In this document: positions 48,347 to 58,934 of the stretch, one piece after another
Layout: the number at the start of each line of letters is the position of its first letter
Numbering within the stretch: position 1 is the stretch's first letter
Position numbers and translations under genes: made by a program
Assembly: GCA_964558645.1 (NCBI GenBank)
Contig: CAZLEV010000005.1
Span: forward strand, 160,001 to 224,000
DNA: 64,000 bases
Direction: 5' to 3'
Source: an uncultured archaeon
GTDB lineage: Archaea; Asgardarchaeota; Thorarchaeia; Thorarchaeales; Thorarchaeaceae
The notes under the pieces: model-generated
Told to the model about the DNA's origin: nothing
Databases searched by the model: none
Seen by the model: the letters and a program-made list of their open reading frames with translations, nothing else

Positions 48347-49792
48347 CTACGGCAGCAATGCCAGCACCTGATTTCTTACGCTATCATACTGGGCCTTCGC
48401 AGCCGTCGTCCATAGCGATTGCATTTGCGAGGCATACACGCTGTCATAGATCATGTCATCATTGATTTCTATGGCGTACTCAACTGTGAACTCCCGGTCC
48501 AGACCCGAGTCCGGGTCTTCAATTGTAACAGGGGTACCCATAAGAGATGCGTAGTAATCCAGCTCTGTTTCATCGATGTGTCCGTCGTAGTATGCGTCTA
48601 CAATGGTCTGCCAGGTGTCGACAAGCTGAGTGTGAGAATTGGTGAAGACAGACTCGAAGTACTTGACAAATGCTGCATTCATCTGGAGCGACAAGGTATC
48701 ATTGAAATCGATTCCTGTGGTCTGCACAGTCTTGTTGAAAGTGTTGTAGAGCTCAGGATTCGCCTGACCCAGAGGCTGGTCAAAAGCCTCACGCATAACA
48801 GGCATGCGAAGGATGTTCTCATGCATCCACAGTGACTGTGCGTACGGCGAAAGAATCCAGTCTAAGAATGCCTCTGCATGACCCGGGTTGGGAGCGTTGT
48901 GAGCAACCGCAATCGGGTCACCGTTCACGATAGACTGGCCTTCGGGCAGGATGTATTCACAGTCGGGGTTCTTTGACTGGGTGAGATAGCCGTAGAAGTC
49001 GATGGACATTGAAATCCCCACTTGGCCGTTCTCAGCTGCGGACTGTGTTTCAACTGAGCCCACGTAGATATTGGAGCTTCCGGCCATCCGAGCCATGTTG
49101 ATCCATCCTTCATCCCACCCCAGACCTTGGGTCATAATCTCATAGATTCGAGTGTTCGACGTTGTGCCAGGAGCATTTCCCATGGCGATGGTTGGAATCG
49201 TGGGGAGGAGGCTTCCATACGTGGCATTTGCCAGATCGGTCCACTTGCGGGGCACGGGCAAGTCGTAATCATCAAGGAATGCATGGTTTACAGTGAAGCC
49301 AAACGAAGATATCGCAGCAGCGACCCACACTGGTTCACCCTCGGAGTTGTTGCGCTTCATGTTCGCGCCAGCCAATGTATCATTCACTCGGCCCAGGGCA
49401 CTCTGCATCAACGGGCTGGTAAGAGGACGCAAAAGCTCGTCACGCATCAGTTGGTCGAACAGTGTCGGGCCACCACCCCAGCAAACATCAACCTCTCCAG
49501 CATCAATGAGGTTGTTCCAGAACTCGGCGCTGGGAGTCCTCCAGACTATATCGGTGATGGAGTTCTCTTGTGCATACTCACTTGCGAGAAACTCGCCCTC
49601 GTAGACACTGTGGATGGCAACATCGTGCCGTGTAAGAATCGTGATCGACTGTCCTTCTCCGTCCGTTGGAGTGGTTGGACCACCGCCACCCCACAACAAG
49701 AACCCTGCAATTCCACCAACAGCAACGATGGCAATCACTACGATGGCAATCACTATCGTCCTAGTGTTCCTAGTGCTTTCAAACTCGCTCAT
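48347..49792 (-). CDS. ABC importer substrate-binding protein (AfuA/FbpA cluster)
   Basis: N-terminal TM anchor, ILTRHD, WGGGP, P..W.DL, S..T, IDFYGY, DPIA, A..FLDWILS..AQ. Confidence 0.88.
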   Translation of the reverse strand: MSEFESTRNTRTIVIAIVVIAIVAVGGIAGFLLWGGGGPTTPTDGEGQSITILTRHDVAIHSVYEGEFLASEYAQENSITDIVWRTPSAEFWNNLIDAGEVDVCWGGGPTLFDQLMRDELLRPLTSPLMQSALGRVNDTLAGANMKRNNSEGEPVWVAAAISSFGFTVNHAFLDDYDLPVPRKWTDLANATYGSLLPTIPTIAMGNAPGTTSNTRIYEIMTQGLGWDEGWINMARMAGSSNIYVGSVETQSAAENGQVGISMSIDFYGYLTQSKNPDCEYILPEGQSIVNGDPIAVAHNAPNPGHAEAFLDWILSPYAQSLWMHENILRMPVMREAFDQPLGQANPELYNTFNKTVQTTGIDFNDTLSLQMNAAFVKYFESVFTNSHTQLVDTWQTIVDAYYDGHIDETELDYYASLMGTPVTIEDPDSGLDREFTVEYAIEINDDMIYDSVYASQMQSLWTTAAKAQYDSVRNQVLALLP

Positions 49793-50079
49793 TTTTCTAA
49801 TCCTCTCTCAGAATCTTCTGTGTTCCCTATCCTAAGTCATAGGCAGACTGACCCTTGTACCCCGGTAATTAAGCCTTTTCGAAAAGAGAAAAAGCAACAT
49901 ACCTACTAGACAATGAAACAGGCACGTGAGCTTTCAGCCTGAGTGGTTGATATCCCCGTTTCATGTTGACCTTTCGTAAGCTCCGAATGCGCATTCGCTC
50001 CTCGAAAAGGTTTTATCATGGTGGTGAAGACTGATTCATTAGTCTTCATTCAAGAAGATATACGGAGGACACGAAAGAG

Positions 50080-51102
50080 ATGGATTCAAGATTGTACGCA
50101 AAAAGAGCAGCAGCAGTGTTGCTGATAGCAGCCCTGTTTGCACCATTCTTCGTTGGTCCTGTACCGGTCAGAGCTCAAGATGCTCCCGTGATAGTCCTAG
50201 ACTATTCCCATGGGCAGTACGCTTCGAAGCTCGTGAATACTACTGATCTGCAACTGGAGAACAACCTCACCGCACTGGGCTACGAAGTAGTCTGGGCCTG
50301 GGGTGGAATCAACTCTAGCATTCTTGCAGATGCAGATGGTCTGGTACTGGCATCAATATACGGAGAATCAAATGCCTTCCTTGCAAGTGAAATCACAGCG
50401 ATTGCCGATTGGTTCAACGCTGGAGACAAGTTCATGTGGGTCGCCTACGACTCGGACTATGGTGGTGGCAAGTACATCAGCGACGACATGACTGCGATCC
50501 TTGAGGAGGTGGGTTCACACATCTACGGGGAACCGACTTCAGTCGAGGACCCTGTGGAGAACTGTGGTGCTCCATATCGACCCGTCACAAATAGTACTAG
50601 TGATGACCCCTTTGTGGCCGATATAGTGGAGGGCGTAGACAAGGTCCTCATGCATGGGCCCACACTGGTCTACGGTAGCGACAGCGCCACTCCTGGTGCG
50701 GATGTGAATCCTGTTGCCCTTGAGACAGAGTCGATTGCCAACGTATACCCGTTGCTCTACTACAGCCCCAATGCTACCATTACCGACGCAGACACAACGT
50801 ACCCCTATGCGCATGAGGACGGCGACAAGGGCGCGTTTGTTGGAGCAGCATTGGAGGTCAATGCAGGTGCTGCAGGCACTGGCGCCCTTATTGTGTCAGG
50901 TGCATCACCCTACGGCGACTACCAGCCGATGAGTTCTTGGGAGTACTACGACGTTGAGCTCTCCGCGAATTTCGTCGTGCAGGCAATACACTTCGGTATG
51001 ACCTACACTCCACCCATGGACATGACCCTTCTGTTGGTCGGCGGTGGTATCGGAGCTGTAGTCATCATCATACTGATTGTCGTACTCGTCAAGAAGAAAT
51101 AG
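50080..51102 (+). CDS. Membrane-anchored surface protein with GIFT (GldG/IFT52, DUF4350-like) domain
   Basis: Signal peptide, IVLDYSHGQ, L..LGYEV, EI.AI.DWF..G.K; C-terminal TM + KKK. Confidence 0.75.
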   Translation: MDSRLYAKRAAAVLLIAALFAPFFVGPVPVRAQDAPVIVLDYSHGQYASKLVNTTDLQLENNLTALGYEVVWAWGGINSSILADADGLVLASIYGESNAFLASEITAIADWFNAGDKFMWVAYDSDYGGGKYISDDMTAILEEVGSHIYGEPTSVEDPVENCGAPYRPVTNSTSDDPFVADIVEGVDKVLMHGPTLVYGSDSATPGADVNPVALETESIANVYPLLYYSPNATITDADTTYPYAHEDGDKGAFVGAALEVNAGAAGTGALIVSGASPYGDYQPMSSWEYYDVELSANFVVQAIHFGMTYTPPMDMTLLLVGGGIGAVVIIILIVVLVKKK

Positions 51103-51111
51103 TATAACATC

Positions 51112-51151
51112 GAGTAGGCAGCTAACTTGCCTACTCACAACCTCTTTTTAT
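51112..51151 (+). terminator. Hairpin + T-tract after 50080-51102
   Basis: gagtaggca-7 nt loop-tgcctactc (9-bp perfect stem) then ctctttttatt. Confidence 0.55.
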
Positions 51152-51256
51152 TCTCACTAGTCGCTTTCCATGAAATGCATCCACTAGCCCAGATGACTCT
51201 GTGGTAATGCTTATCACTTCCAGCTTCATCCATTAAGTGTCTGGAGGAAACCCAAT

Positions 51257-53647
51257 TTGCGAAAGAAGCAACTGATTCCCGTCTTTGCGTTTGTGATAAT
51301 AGCCATCATCGTGGCACCTATCGAAGCTCCATCTGTCAGATACAACATGCCAATCAAGGTGACAGATGCCGCGGCAGAAGTATACTCTGGAAAAGTCTTG
51401 TTTGACGAAGCGCACACGGCAAATGCAAGCGCCCTGTGGACGCCAGGGAATGCCTCACTCTTCGGATGGATGCTGACCCAGAATGGCTACAACACTTCAA
51501 TGAACCTTGAACACGAGATCACATCGGGTATGCTCGGCGCTTATGATGTGTTCGTTCTCTTCTTTCCCATGGTATCATTGACTAGCAGTGAAGTCTCTGC
51601 ACTTACCTCCTTCGTTAGCAACGGAGGCGGACTTCTCCTTGTGGGAATACAGCAAGAGGCCAACTGGGGATATGATTCATCAAGACTGAACCCGATCTCT
51701 GAAGAGTATGGGGTCACCTTCAACAATGACGTCATTGGGGGAAGCACTGACAGTCTAGAAACTCACCAGATAACCACTGATGTGACCCAGATAGCTCTAG
51801 AAGATGATGCATTTGGAAGCTGCTCGATTAATGTAGCAGCACCTGCAGAGAGCATCGTAAGCAAGGATGGCTCTGATATCGTAGCCTATGCTACATCCGG
51901 CAGTGGACGTGTGGTTATGGTCAGTTCAACAGCACCATTCCTATCTTACAGACGAGAGGCGCGTGGCTTTGGGCAGGATCATTTTCAGTTCTCGCTGAAT
52001 GTCATAGACTGGCTTGCTGGGAACTCCCAGCGAGAAGCGCAGGTCCCGGAGATTGCTGAGATCACTGTCGGAAGTGGACCGAGCCTGAGTCCAGCTGAAC
52101 TAGATGAGTACAGCACCTTTGTCGGTCTGTACCATGATCACACAACCCATAGCGATGGACAGGATACTGTTGAGAAGATGGTTGAGACTGGTATCTCACG
52201 GGGTCTTGATTTCATGATCCTCACAGAACATTCTCACAACACACCAGTCACGATAGGTGGCATCACTGGGGCTCTGGCGGCAAGGGACCTTGTTGAGAGA
52301 TATGGACTGGATATCAACCAGTATATTGGAGCCGAGTTGTCAACTGTCAGACATACTGTCGGGTTTCCGCTCACAGAGAACATTTTCACCGCTGACCAGC
52401 AAGAGGCAGTAGATGAGATACATGCACAGGGAGGGATTGCAGTTCTCTGTCATCCAACCATAGGGTTCACATACGCTGATGTATACGAGTCGCTAGACGA
52501 TCTCGGATATGACGCTTATGAGGTTAACAATGGGGGTTGGATGTATGGCTCAGGAGAAGGCGGCCTAGTTCATAACTTCATTGGCGCAAGTGACGGACAT
52601 CGCGCATCTTTTGTGGGAAAGGTACTCAACGCGGTGTTTGTCAAGAATCCGTCTGGACCTAACGGGGAGATGACAGGACAAGATCTGGCTGACGCCGTAC
52701 TTGACAGGAGAATCGTGATTCTGGACCGCATCAACGATCTGGTCTACGGTGAGAAGGTCTGGGTCGACCGATTCATGGAGATGCTGGATGAAGCGGAAGA
52801 TATCATTGAAGACGCCGAACTAGTCATTGAAAACGAACAAGCACTGGGCAGTGATGTTTCACTGTCCGAGATGTACTTGGACTTGGCAAAGAATGCGCTC
52901 GAATACTGGAACCCAAGTCGTGCCATTCGTCTTGCGGCCAACGCGACCTCTGCAACCGCACTGGCCATCAATATCGAACTCGTCACCCCAAGAGTGGTCG
53001 ACCCCAATGCGAACTTCGACATCGTCCTCGATGTGGAGAACAACAACGAGTTCCCCATATCTATGAATAGCACGGTCTATCAGAGGGGGTCGGTGACTGT
53101 TGACACACTGAATGCTGTCATAGACATTGCAGCAGGGGATGCTGTAGCCACCACCAGAATCGGCACAGCGTCTTCTCAGGGACTTCTCGCATTCTGGGTT
53201 GTCATTCCGAGCTTCAACACAAGCCAGTCGTTAGCACCACTCTTGATTCCATGGACTGCAGCAATCGATAATGTAACAGCACTACCCGTAGAAGGCGGTT
53301 CGGGCTATTCTGCTGATGTGCGCTGGCATATGGATTCGTCCTCAAGGAAACTGGTATCTGCAGTGCGAATTGCTTACGATGATGGCGAAACAGCCGAAGA
53401 GGTGAATATGAACCCAGCTTGGAATTGGTATGAGTTTCGCCTTGGGCCTTACTCTACGACAACAAACGTCACTGTCACCATAACTGTCATTGATACTGAT
53501 GGAATGGAGTATGGGCTCTCAACACGCGTCATAACAGTCGGACCCACAGTCGCACCAGCACCCGATATCACCCTCATCATTGCAGGCATCGGAGTAATAG
53601 CCGTAGTTGCAGTTGTCATCCTGTTCGTGAAACGGAAACAAACATAG
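51257..53647 (+). CDS. Surface protein: GIFT domain + PHP-family metallophosphoesterase + Ig-like domains + TM anchor
   Basis: KVLFDEAH...FV.NGGGLLL (GIFT); HDHTTHSDG, TEH, GAE, CHP, EV.NG, GASDGH (PHP). Confidence 0.85.
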   Translation: MRKKQLIPVFAFVIIAIIVAPIEAPSVRYNMPIKVTDAAAEVYSGKVLFDEAHTANASALWTPGNASLFGWMLTQNGYNTSMNLEHEITSGMLGAYDVFVLFFPMVSLTSSEVSALTSFVSNGGGLLLVGIQQEANWGYDSSRLNPISEEYGVTFNNDVIGGSTDSLETHQITTDVTQIALEDDAFGSCSINVAAPAESIVSKDGSDIVAYATSGSGRVVMVSSTAPFLSYRREARGFGQDHFQFSLNVIDWLAGNSQREAQVPEIAEITVGSGPSLSPAELDEYSTFVGLYHDHTTHSDGQDTVEKMVETGISRGLDFMILTEHSHNTPVTIGGITGALAARDLVERYGLDINQYIGAELSTVRHTVGFPLTENIFTADQQEAVDEIHAQGGIAVLCHPTIGFTYADVYESLDDLGYDAYEVNNGGWMYGSGEGGLVHNFIGASDGHRASFVGKVLNAVFVKNPSGPNGEMTGQDLADAVLDRRIVILDRINDLVYGEKVWVDRFMEMLDEAEDIIEDAELVIENEQALGSDVSLSEMYLDLAKNALEYWNPSRAIRLAANATSATALAINIELVTPRVVDPNANFDIVLDVENNNEFPISMNSTVYQRGSVTVDTLNAVIDIAAGDAVATTRIGTASSQGLLAFWVVIPSFNTSQSLAPLLIPWTAAIDNVTALPVEGGSGYSADVRWHMDSSSRKLVSAVRIAYDDGETAEEVNMNPAWNWYEFRLGPYSTTTNVTVTITVIDTDGMEYGLSTRVITVGPTVAPAPDITLIIAGIGVIAVVAVVILFVKRKQT

Positions 53648-53658
53648 TTCCAAAAAAG

Positions 53659-53701
53659 GGCTGGCAGGGCAAAAGACGCGCCCTCCAGCCATTCAGTTTT
53701 C
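53659..53701 (+). terminator. Hairpin after 51257-53647
   Basis: ggctgg-c-agggc...gccct-ccagcc followed by attcagttttc. Confidence 0.45.
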
Positions 53702-53744
53702 TTACCGTTACTGATTAATACAAGACCCTGTAATAGACTAGGAT

Positions 53745-55625
53745 ATGAACCATCGATATTGCGCTCTGTTTCTGATCCTATCTGGAATAGCTCTCCCCGC
53801 AGTTGTGCTTCCCACAGCAGTTACCACGGAGGCGTGGGGGTTGAATACTCATCTATTCATCGCGTCCGAGGCCATGGGAGCCATCACCAATCAGAGTTGG
53901 TATGATGCCTTTGCACTGTACGCTGCAGAGGTGCTCGCCGGTAGTACTACGCCAGACCAAGAGTGGCAGGACTGGGACAATCATCTGTACTATCCTGAAA
54001 CAGGAGAGTATAATGCGCCCTGGGCAGCTGAACACTGGTTCAACATGACGAGAGATAACTTCTCAGCGGGAAACTGGGAAGATGGGTTCTTTGCAGTCGG
54101 GGTCATGACACACTACTTCGCGGATCCTTGCATTCCAGTTCATACCGATGAGTACTGGGACGGCCATGTTGGCTATGAGCGCGATATCAACGAGAACCTT
54201 GGAACTCTTGACTTGGAGGTCCCAACCGAGGTGCTCATCGAAAATGTCAGCCAATTTGTCATAGACTGTGCAACGTATTCACACCAGTATTATGATACTG
54301 TGCGCGCTGCATATGACAACAATGACTCGAGGTCCCTTGACGACCCCACAATAAAGGCATTGACCGAGGACTGTCTCTCCATGGCCATCAATGGTTGTCT
54401 GAGTCTCTTCTACACTCTCCAGCAGTATGCCGAGCCACCTGATACATCGCTAACATTCCAGTACAAAGCACTGATTGACTATGCACACTCAAACGACTAC
54501 ATAGATTATAGCGGAGAATCGCAATTGACCTCGCTGGAGCTCACTCTTGAGAGAGAAGGTTTTGAAACATTTCGCCAAGAACAGCCCTTCTCAACTGAAG
54601 CCCTCAGTGACATCGATCTTCTGGTGATAACCTGTGCGCTGGATGCATACACTCAAGCCGAGCTGACCGCAATCGCTGATTGGGCAGATTCAGGAGAGAG
54701 GTCCCTTCTCGTCACCAGTCGGGGGGACTTCTCTACGTATACTGACATTGCGCAGGTCAATGCAATTCTGGCTGAGCTTGGTTCCATGATGCGTTCGAAT
54801 GATGATAACGTCTACATGGAGGGGACATATCAACCATGGTACAACGACCTGACCTCTGTACCAGAAGCTGAGGACACCTTGAATCTCACAGGTGATGTTA
54901 CCAGTTTGACGCTCTTCTCCCCGACCAGTCTCTATTTCTTGAACGAGAATCCAGTTCTGCCCCTGGCGTTTGCAGATGCCTCCGCATACCAAACAGACCA
55001 GACTGGACCGGAACCTGAAGTACTCTACGACATCGTTCAGGATGGAATTTATGGAGACCAGATACCCCTCATAGCGGCTGAAGAGATAGGCGCTCTAAGG
55101 GTTCTTCTCAGTGGAACCACGTTCTTCAGCAACTTTGACTACGGTAGATCTTCGTTTGACAATGTCCAACTACTGAAGAACTTCTTAGAATGGGCTGTAG
55201 AGGATCGACCTCTGAGAGAGATAGAGGATATTGACCAGATAGGACCAAGGATCTCGAATCCTGAGGTGTCTTATAGCTCGGAGGACGAGGCATTTCTCAT
55301 GCGCATCAACATAACTGATGCAAGTGCCATAGAGAGCGTCATCGTTAAGTTTCAGGCCGCCGAGGGTACAGACCAGTTCAACATGACTCATGTTGAAGGA
55401 AACTTGTATGAGGCAATCGTTCCAGAAGAGGCCACAGCGTCACCGTACCTCAGGGTCATTGCCTCCGATGCGGCGGGAAACACTGGTACACGAATCTTCC
55501 ACGATATCGATATGACAACCTCAACCACAACGCCCATCATCGGACTGCCAATCGAGTTGATTCTCGTTGCCGGCATTGCTGCTGTTGTGTTAGTTGCAGC
55601 AGTAGTGGTAGCGAAGAAACGGTAA
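53745..55625 (+). CDS. Surface protein: Zn-dependent phospholipase C / S1-P1 nuclease-fold domain + GIFT domain + Ig-like + TM anchor
   Basis: Mature N-terminal W (EA-WGLNTH), PD, NH, HYFAD...P.H, H..YE zinc ligands; LIDYAH.ND GIFT domain. Confidence 0.85.
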   Translation: MNHRYCALFLILSGIALPAVVLPTAVTTEAWGLNTHLFIASEAMGAITNQSWYDAFALYAAEVLAGSTTPDQEWQDWDNHLYYPETGEYNAPWAAEHWFNMTRDNFSAGNWEDGFFAVGVMTHYFADPCIPVHTDEYWDGHVGYERDINENLGTLDLEVPTEVLIENVSQFVIDCATYSHQYYDTVRAAYDNNDSRSLDDPTIKALTEDCLSMAINGCLSLFYTLQQYAEPPDTSLTFQYKALIDYAHSNDYIDYSGESQLTSLELTLEREGFETFRQEQPFSTEALSDIDLLVITCALDAYTQAELTAIADWADSGERSLLVTSRGDFSTYTDIAQVNAILAELGSMMRSNDDNVYMEGTYQPWYNDLTSVPEAEDTLNLTGDVTSLTLFSPTSLYFLNENPVLPLAFADASAYQTDQTGPEPEVLYDIVQDGIYGDQIPLIAAEEIGALRVLLSGTTFFSNFDYGRSSFDNVQLLKNFLEWAVEDRPLREIEDIDQIGPRISNPEVSYSSEDEAFLMRINITDASAIESVIVKFQAAEGTDQFNMTHVEGNLYEAIVPEEATASPYLRVIASDAAGNTGTRIFHDIDMTTSTTTPIIGLPIELILVAGIAAVVLVAAVVVAKKR

Positions 55626-55757
55626 CGGGAAGGGTGATTCCGCTCATATCTCTTCGAAATATCGAAGAGGGGGCCGTTTACTCGAACTCTGGCCAGTCCT
55701 GCATATCTTCATATGTGTTGGTTGCATATCTATAGTGAACCTGAGGGAGATGAAGAG

Positions 55758-56363
55758 ATGTCGGAGATGACCATGCAAGGTCCCGAGAGTGAGATTGAAA
55801 GAGACATCCTCAGGGCTTTCGGGTGGTCCATCATCGAATTCGAAGGGGTTCTCTTCCAGAAGTTCTTGCTCATAGCTGGGCTAAATACGATCATGACCCC
55901 AGAGACCTTCAGAAAGCATCTCTCTAGAATGGAGTCAAAAGGTTATGTGGCTCCCCTCAGATTCCAAGGCATTCCCTCTTGGAAGAAGCTCGTCGTCGAA
56001 GACAGAATAGAAGACACACTGCATCCGAGAAGAATTGAGAAACGACCCTACTCACAAGAGAGGAAGAAGACAAGACCTGAGGAGCATATGGTCACGGATA
56101 CCCGTATCTTAGCTGAGGACATCCTGAAGATACTCAAAAGCAAGATGTTTCCAGGAAGGGCAAGGGACGAGATTACCGACCATGTCCTGAGGAATCATGT
56201 GATGGAGATGCGAAGAGCTCTGAGCGAATCAGAGGCTAGCTTCTTGCAGTACTTGGACGAGCATTTGGCCACAGTGAAGCCAGAACTGGAACAGATACTC
56301 AGGGCTCGCGGCGAGAACCTTATGATGCTCAGTCTGCGGCTCGCAGAGAGCCATAATCTCTAG
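55758..56363 (+). CDS. Hypothetical protein, possible N-terminal winged helix
   Basis: Typical codon use; FRKHLSRMESKGYV resembles a wHTH recognition helix and wing; start moved to ATG 55758. Confidence 0.65.
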   Translation: MSEMTMQGPESEIERDILRAFGWSIIEFEGVLFQKFLLIAGLNTIMTPETFRKHLSRMESKGYVAPLRFQGIPSWKKLVVEDRIEDTLHPRRIEKRPYSQERKKTRPEEHMVTDTRILAEDILKILKSKMFPGRARDEITDHVLRNHVMEMRRALSESEASFLQYLDEHLATVKPELEQILRARGENLMMLSLRLAESHNL

Positions 56364-56366
56364 TCC

Positions 56367-57479
56367 TTAATACTTCCTCTTGATGAGAAACTCGGAGAGT
56401 TCCAAGAGAAACTTGCGGTACTTGTCATCGAAAGCAGGTTCTGCTTGACCTAATGCGGATCGCCCCTCATTCAAGAGATTCTCCATTATGCCCTTGGCTT
56501 CCTCCAGAGCCCCAGTATCTCTAAAGACACCCCTCACTGTATCAACTTCCTGTGAAGACATCTCTGGCTTCCCCAGGAGCTTATTCAGAATGTCCTTCTG
56601 CCCAGGGTCTGCACGATTGAAGGCCTCAATGACTAAGAGGGTCTTCTTACCCTCACGGATATCACCATCTGCAGGTTTCCCCGTGACATCCTCATCACCG
56701 AAAGATCCCAGGATATCATCCTGAATCTGGAATGCCTGACCCACCTTGGTACCAAACTCGCTGAGGGCTTCCATCTGGGAACTGCTTGCTCCTGCAATGA
56801 CACTCCCTATGAGCAAAGACTTCTCAATGAGAACTGCGGTCTTCATGCGGACCATGTCTAGGTATGTTTCTGAAGGAGTAGAGGGCTGCTGGACCAAGTT
56901 CATCTCAAGAAGGACGCCATCGGCAAGATCGTGATAGGCCGACTGGTAGTATTCCAGACAGCGAACAGTAGTCTGAGCCTCCAATCGAGCAGAGGTTATG
57001 ACCTCGGCACCCATGTTGAGAAGAGAATCCCCACCGAGAATCGCCATGGCCATTCCGAAATCCTCTGCCTTGTCCTTTGAACTACTCGTCTTCTCTCGGA
57101 ACCAATCGCGATAGTAAGCGTGGATAGTCTTTCCGCCGCGTCGGGTTTCATCATGATCGATGAGGTCATCATGAAGTAGAGAACCGTTGTGCAGAAGCTC
57201 TACAGAGCAAGAGGCAAGATACAGATTACGAGGAGCGTCTGCACCCTTGACTGCTTTGTAACCGCCAACCACGAGAACTGGTCGAAGGCGTTTCCCACCC
57301 CTCATCAAGTAGTCCTTCACCACGCTGTAATACTGCTTGTGAATTGGACCAAGTCGCCCAATCTCCTTTATCCGCGAATCGAAGTAGTCTGAAAGCGCTT
57401 CGTTGACTCTCTCTACTTCTTGTTCCATGATGGCTTCGTAGTCGGACAATGCTGACCCCTTACCTACTAGGGCGTGCAA
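56367..57479 (-). CDS. idsA: Polyprenyl (geranylgeranyl) diphosphate synthase
   Basis: GGKRLRP, HDDLID.D..RRG, KT, FQIQDDILG, GK; true start may be TTG 57449. Confidence 0.92.
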   Translation of the reverse strand: MHALVGKGSALSDYEAIMEQEVERVNEALSDYFDSRIKEIGRLGPIHKQYYSVVKDYLMRGGKRLRPVLVVGGYKAVKGADAPRNLYLASCSVELLHNGSLLHDDLIDHDETRRGGKTIHAYYRDWFREKTSSSKDKAEDFGMAMAILGGDSLLNMGAEVITSARLEAQTTVRCLEYYQSAYHDLADGVLLEMNLVQQPSTPSETYLDMVRMKTAVLIEKSLLIGSVIAGASSSQMEALSEFGTKVGQAFQIQDDILGSFGDEDVTGKPADGDIREGKKTLLVIEAFNRADPGQKDILNKLLGKPEMSSQEVDTVRGVFRDTGALEEAKGIMENLLNEGRSALGQAEPAFDDKYRKFLLELSEFLIKRKY

Positions 57480-57571
57480 ACAAAGTGGTATTTAGGCATT
57501 TCTGCTTATGTCGAACCAATCTTCGCTGATTAGCTTACCGATGGCTGGAGACGGGCCCTGACTAGTAATGC

Positions 57572-58933
57572 CTATTGGCCTACAAGGTCTACTCCCGAGA
57601 ATCCAAGTGTTGGCATGACATATTGACTGTTCACTTCAAGGTCTGAACCAACTAGGACTTCTCTCTGAATGGACTCGTAGAGGTTCCCAACTAGGAGAGC
57701 ATTCCTAATCTTCTCGGTCAGCTGGCCATCTTGGATTAAACGTGCATTCCGAAGCTCATTGGAAAAGGTGCCTGATATTGGATTGACAAGCGGCCACGCG
57801 AAATGCTCAATGTAAACACCCCTATCAACCCGTTCGATGATTTCGTCTGGAGTCATTGAACCTGGTTTCATCTCCAGGGTAGACACAGCACATACAGCCG
57901 GTCTTGTGAACAGTCCCTGTGCCTCACGGGGTTCTCGCCTCATTCCGTTCCCCGTGGAGTCGAGGTTCATGATGTTGGCGTTGTAGCTATCGAAAATATA
58001 CGATCGTAGCATTCCATCCTCAATGAGTAATGTATCCTCCGACGGTAGACCTTCGTCATCGACTACAGAAGATAGAAGCCCTCTTTCAGAGCGGCCATTA
58101 TCTGATATATTCAGGGTCTTGTGAGCAACCTGCTCGCCCAGTCTGTCAGCCCATGGGCTGGACCGCTTGTTCACGTTCTCGGAAGATGTCGAAAATCCGA
58201 CCAAGGACCCAAGCATCTGGGATCCTTCACTTGGGGCAAGCACTCCGACAATGTCTTCCCACTTATCATGAAACGGTCTAGAACTGAGCACATCTCGCGC
58301 CTGATAGTTCAACTTGGATCCAATACCTGCAAAATCGATGTCCTCAATCCGACGCGACCAACAGCGCTGTACGCCTTCACCCACGCGTCCACTGTCTTCT
58401 GATTTTGCTGTGAAGAACCCGAAGACCATTGTTGAGCTGGATTGAGCATCAATGCCCAATGAATTCATGACCTTGAAATCAACGGAGCTTACACGGAGGA
58501 CACCGTTGGGAACAGTCACATGTTTGTCCAGTGTGGCCTTAACCAGTTCCATGACGCAAGCCACAAGGTATTCACTGTCAACTTCCGCAGTAGTATCGTC
58601 GCGAAAGTAGTTGGGCGCACCCGAGACCTTCACTGGTTCAGGCAGGGATTCAAACTTGGGATCTGCACTGGTCACTGATGCAATGGACTTGGCACGGTCA
58701 ACCACATCAGATGGGGACTCAGCTAGAAGGGTGGAACTCGTGAAACCAATCTTCTTCCCCACTACATACTTCAGGCCAACTCCAGTCTCTTTCTTGACAT
58801 CTGCTACCTTCGGAATACAGTCGTCAATGTATACACTGCGCGTCATAGCCCGTATAGCATATACTTCGGCTTGGCTGGCACCTGCCTCCTCAGACTGTTT
58901 GAGTAATGCAGCGGCTATCGAATCCAGAGGCAT
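57572..58933 (-). CDS. pmbA: PmbA/TldE-family protein
   Basis: DDEG.P, STGNG.R, NP.SG.FS; no HExxxH; directly downstream of tldD. Confidence 0.9.
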   Translation of the reverse strand: MPLDSIAAALLKQSEEAGASQAEVYAIRAMTRSVYIDDCIPKVADVKKETGVGLKYVVGKKIGFTSSTLLAESPSDVVDRAKSIASVTSADPKFESLPEPVKVSGAPNYFRDDTTAEVDSEYLVACVMELVKATLDKHVTVPNGVLRVSSVDFKVMNSLGIDAQSSSTMVFGFFTAKSEDSGRVGEGVQRCWSRRIEDIDFAGIGSKLNYQARDVLSSRPFHDKWEDIVGVLAPSEGSQMLGSLVGFSTSSENVNKRSSPWADRLGEQVAHKTLNISDNGRSERGLLSSVVDDEGLPSEDTLLIEDGMLRSYIFDSYNANIMNLDSTGNGMRREPREAQGLFTRPAVCAVSTLEMKPGSMTPDEIIERVDRGVYIEHFAWPLVNPISGTFSNELRNARLIQDGQLTEKIRNALLVGNLYESIQREVLVGSDLEVNSQYVMPTLGFSGVDLVGQ

Positions 58934-58934
58934 G

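Noticed and set aside
49127-49909. Long antisense ORFs (e.g. 49127-49909, 31322-31996, 35792-36391, 8264-8845)
   Set aside because: They are shadows of well-supported genes on the opposite strand and have no motifs
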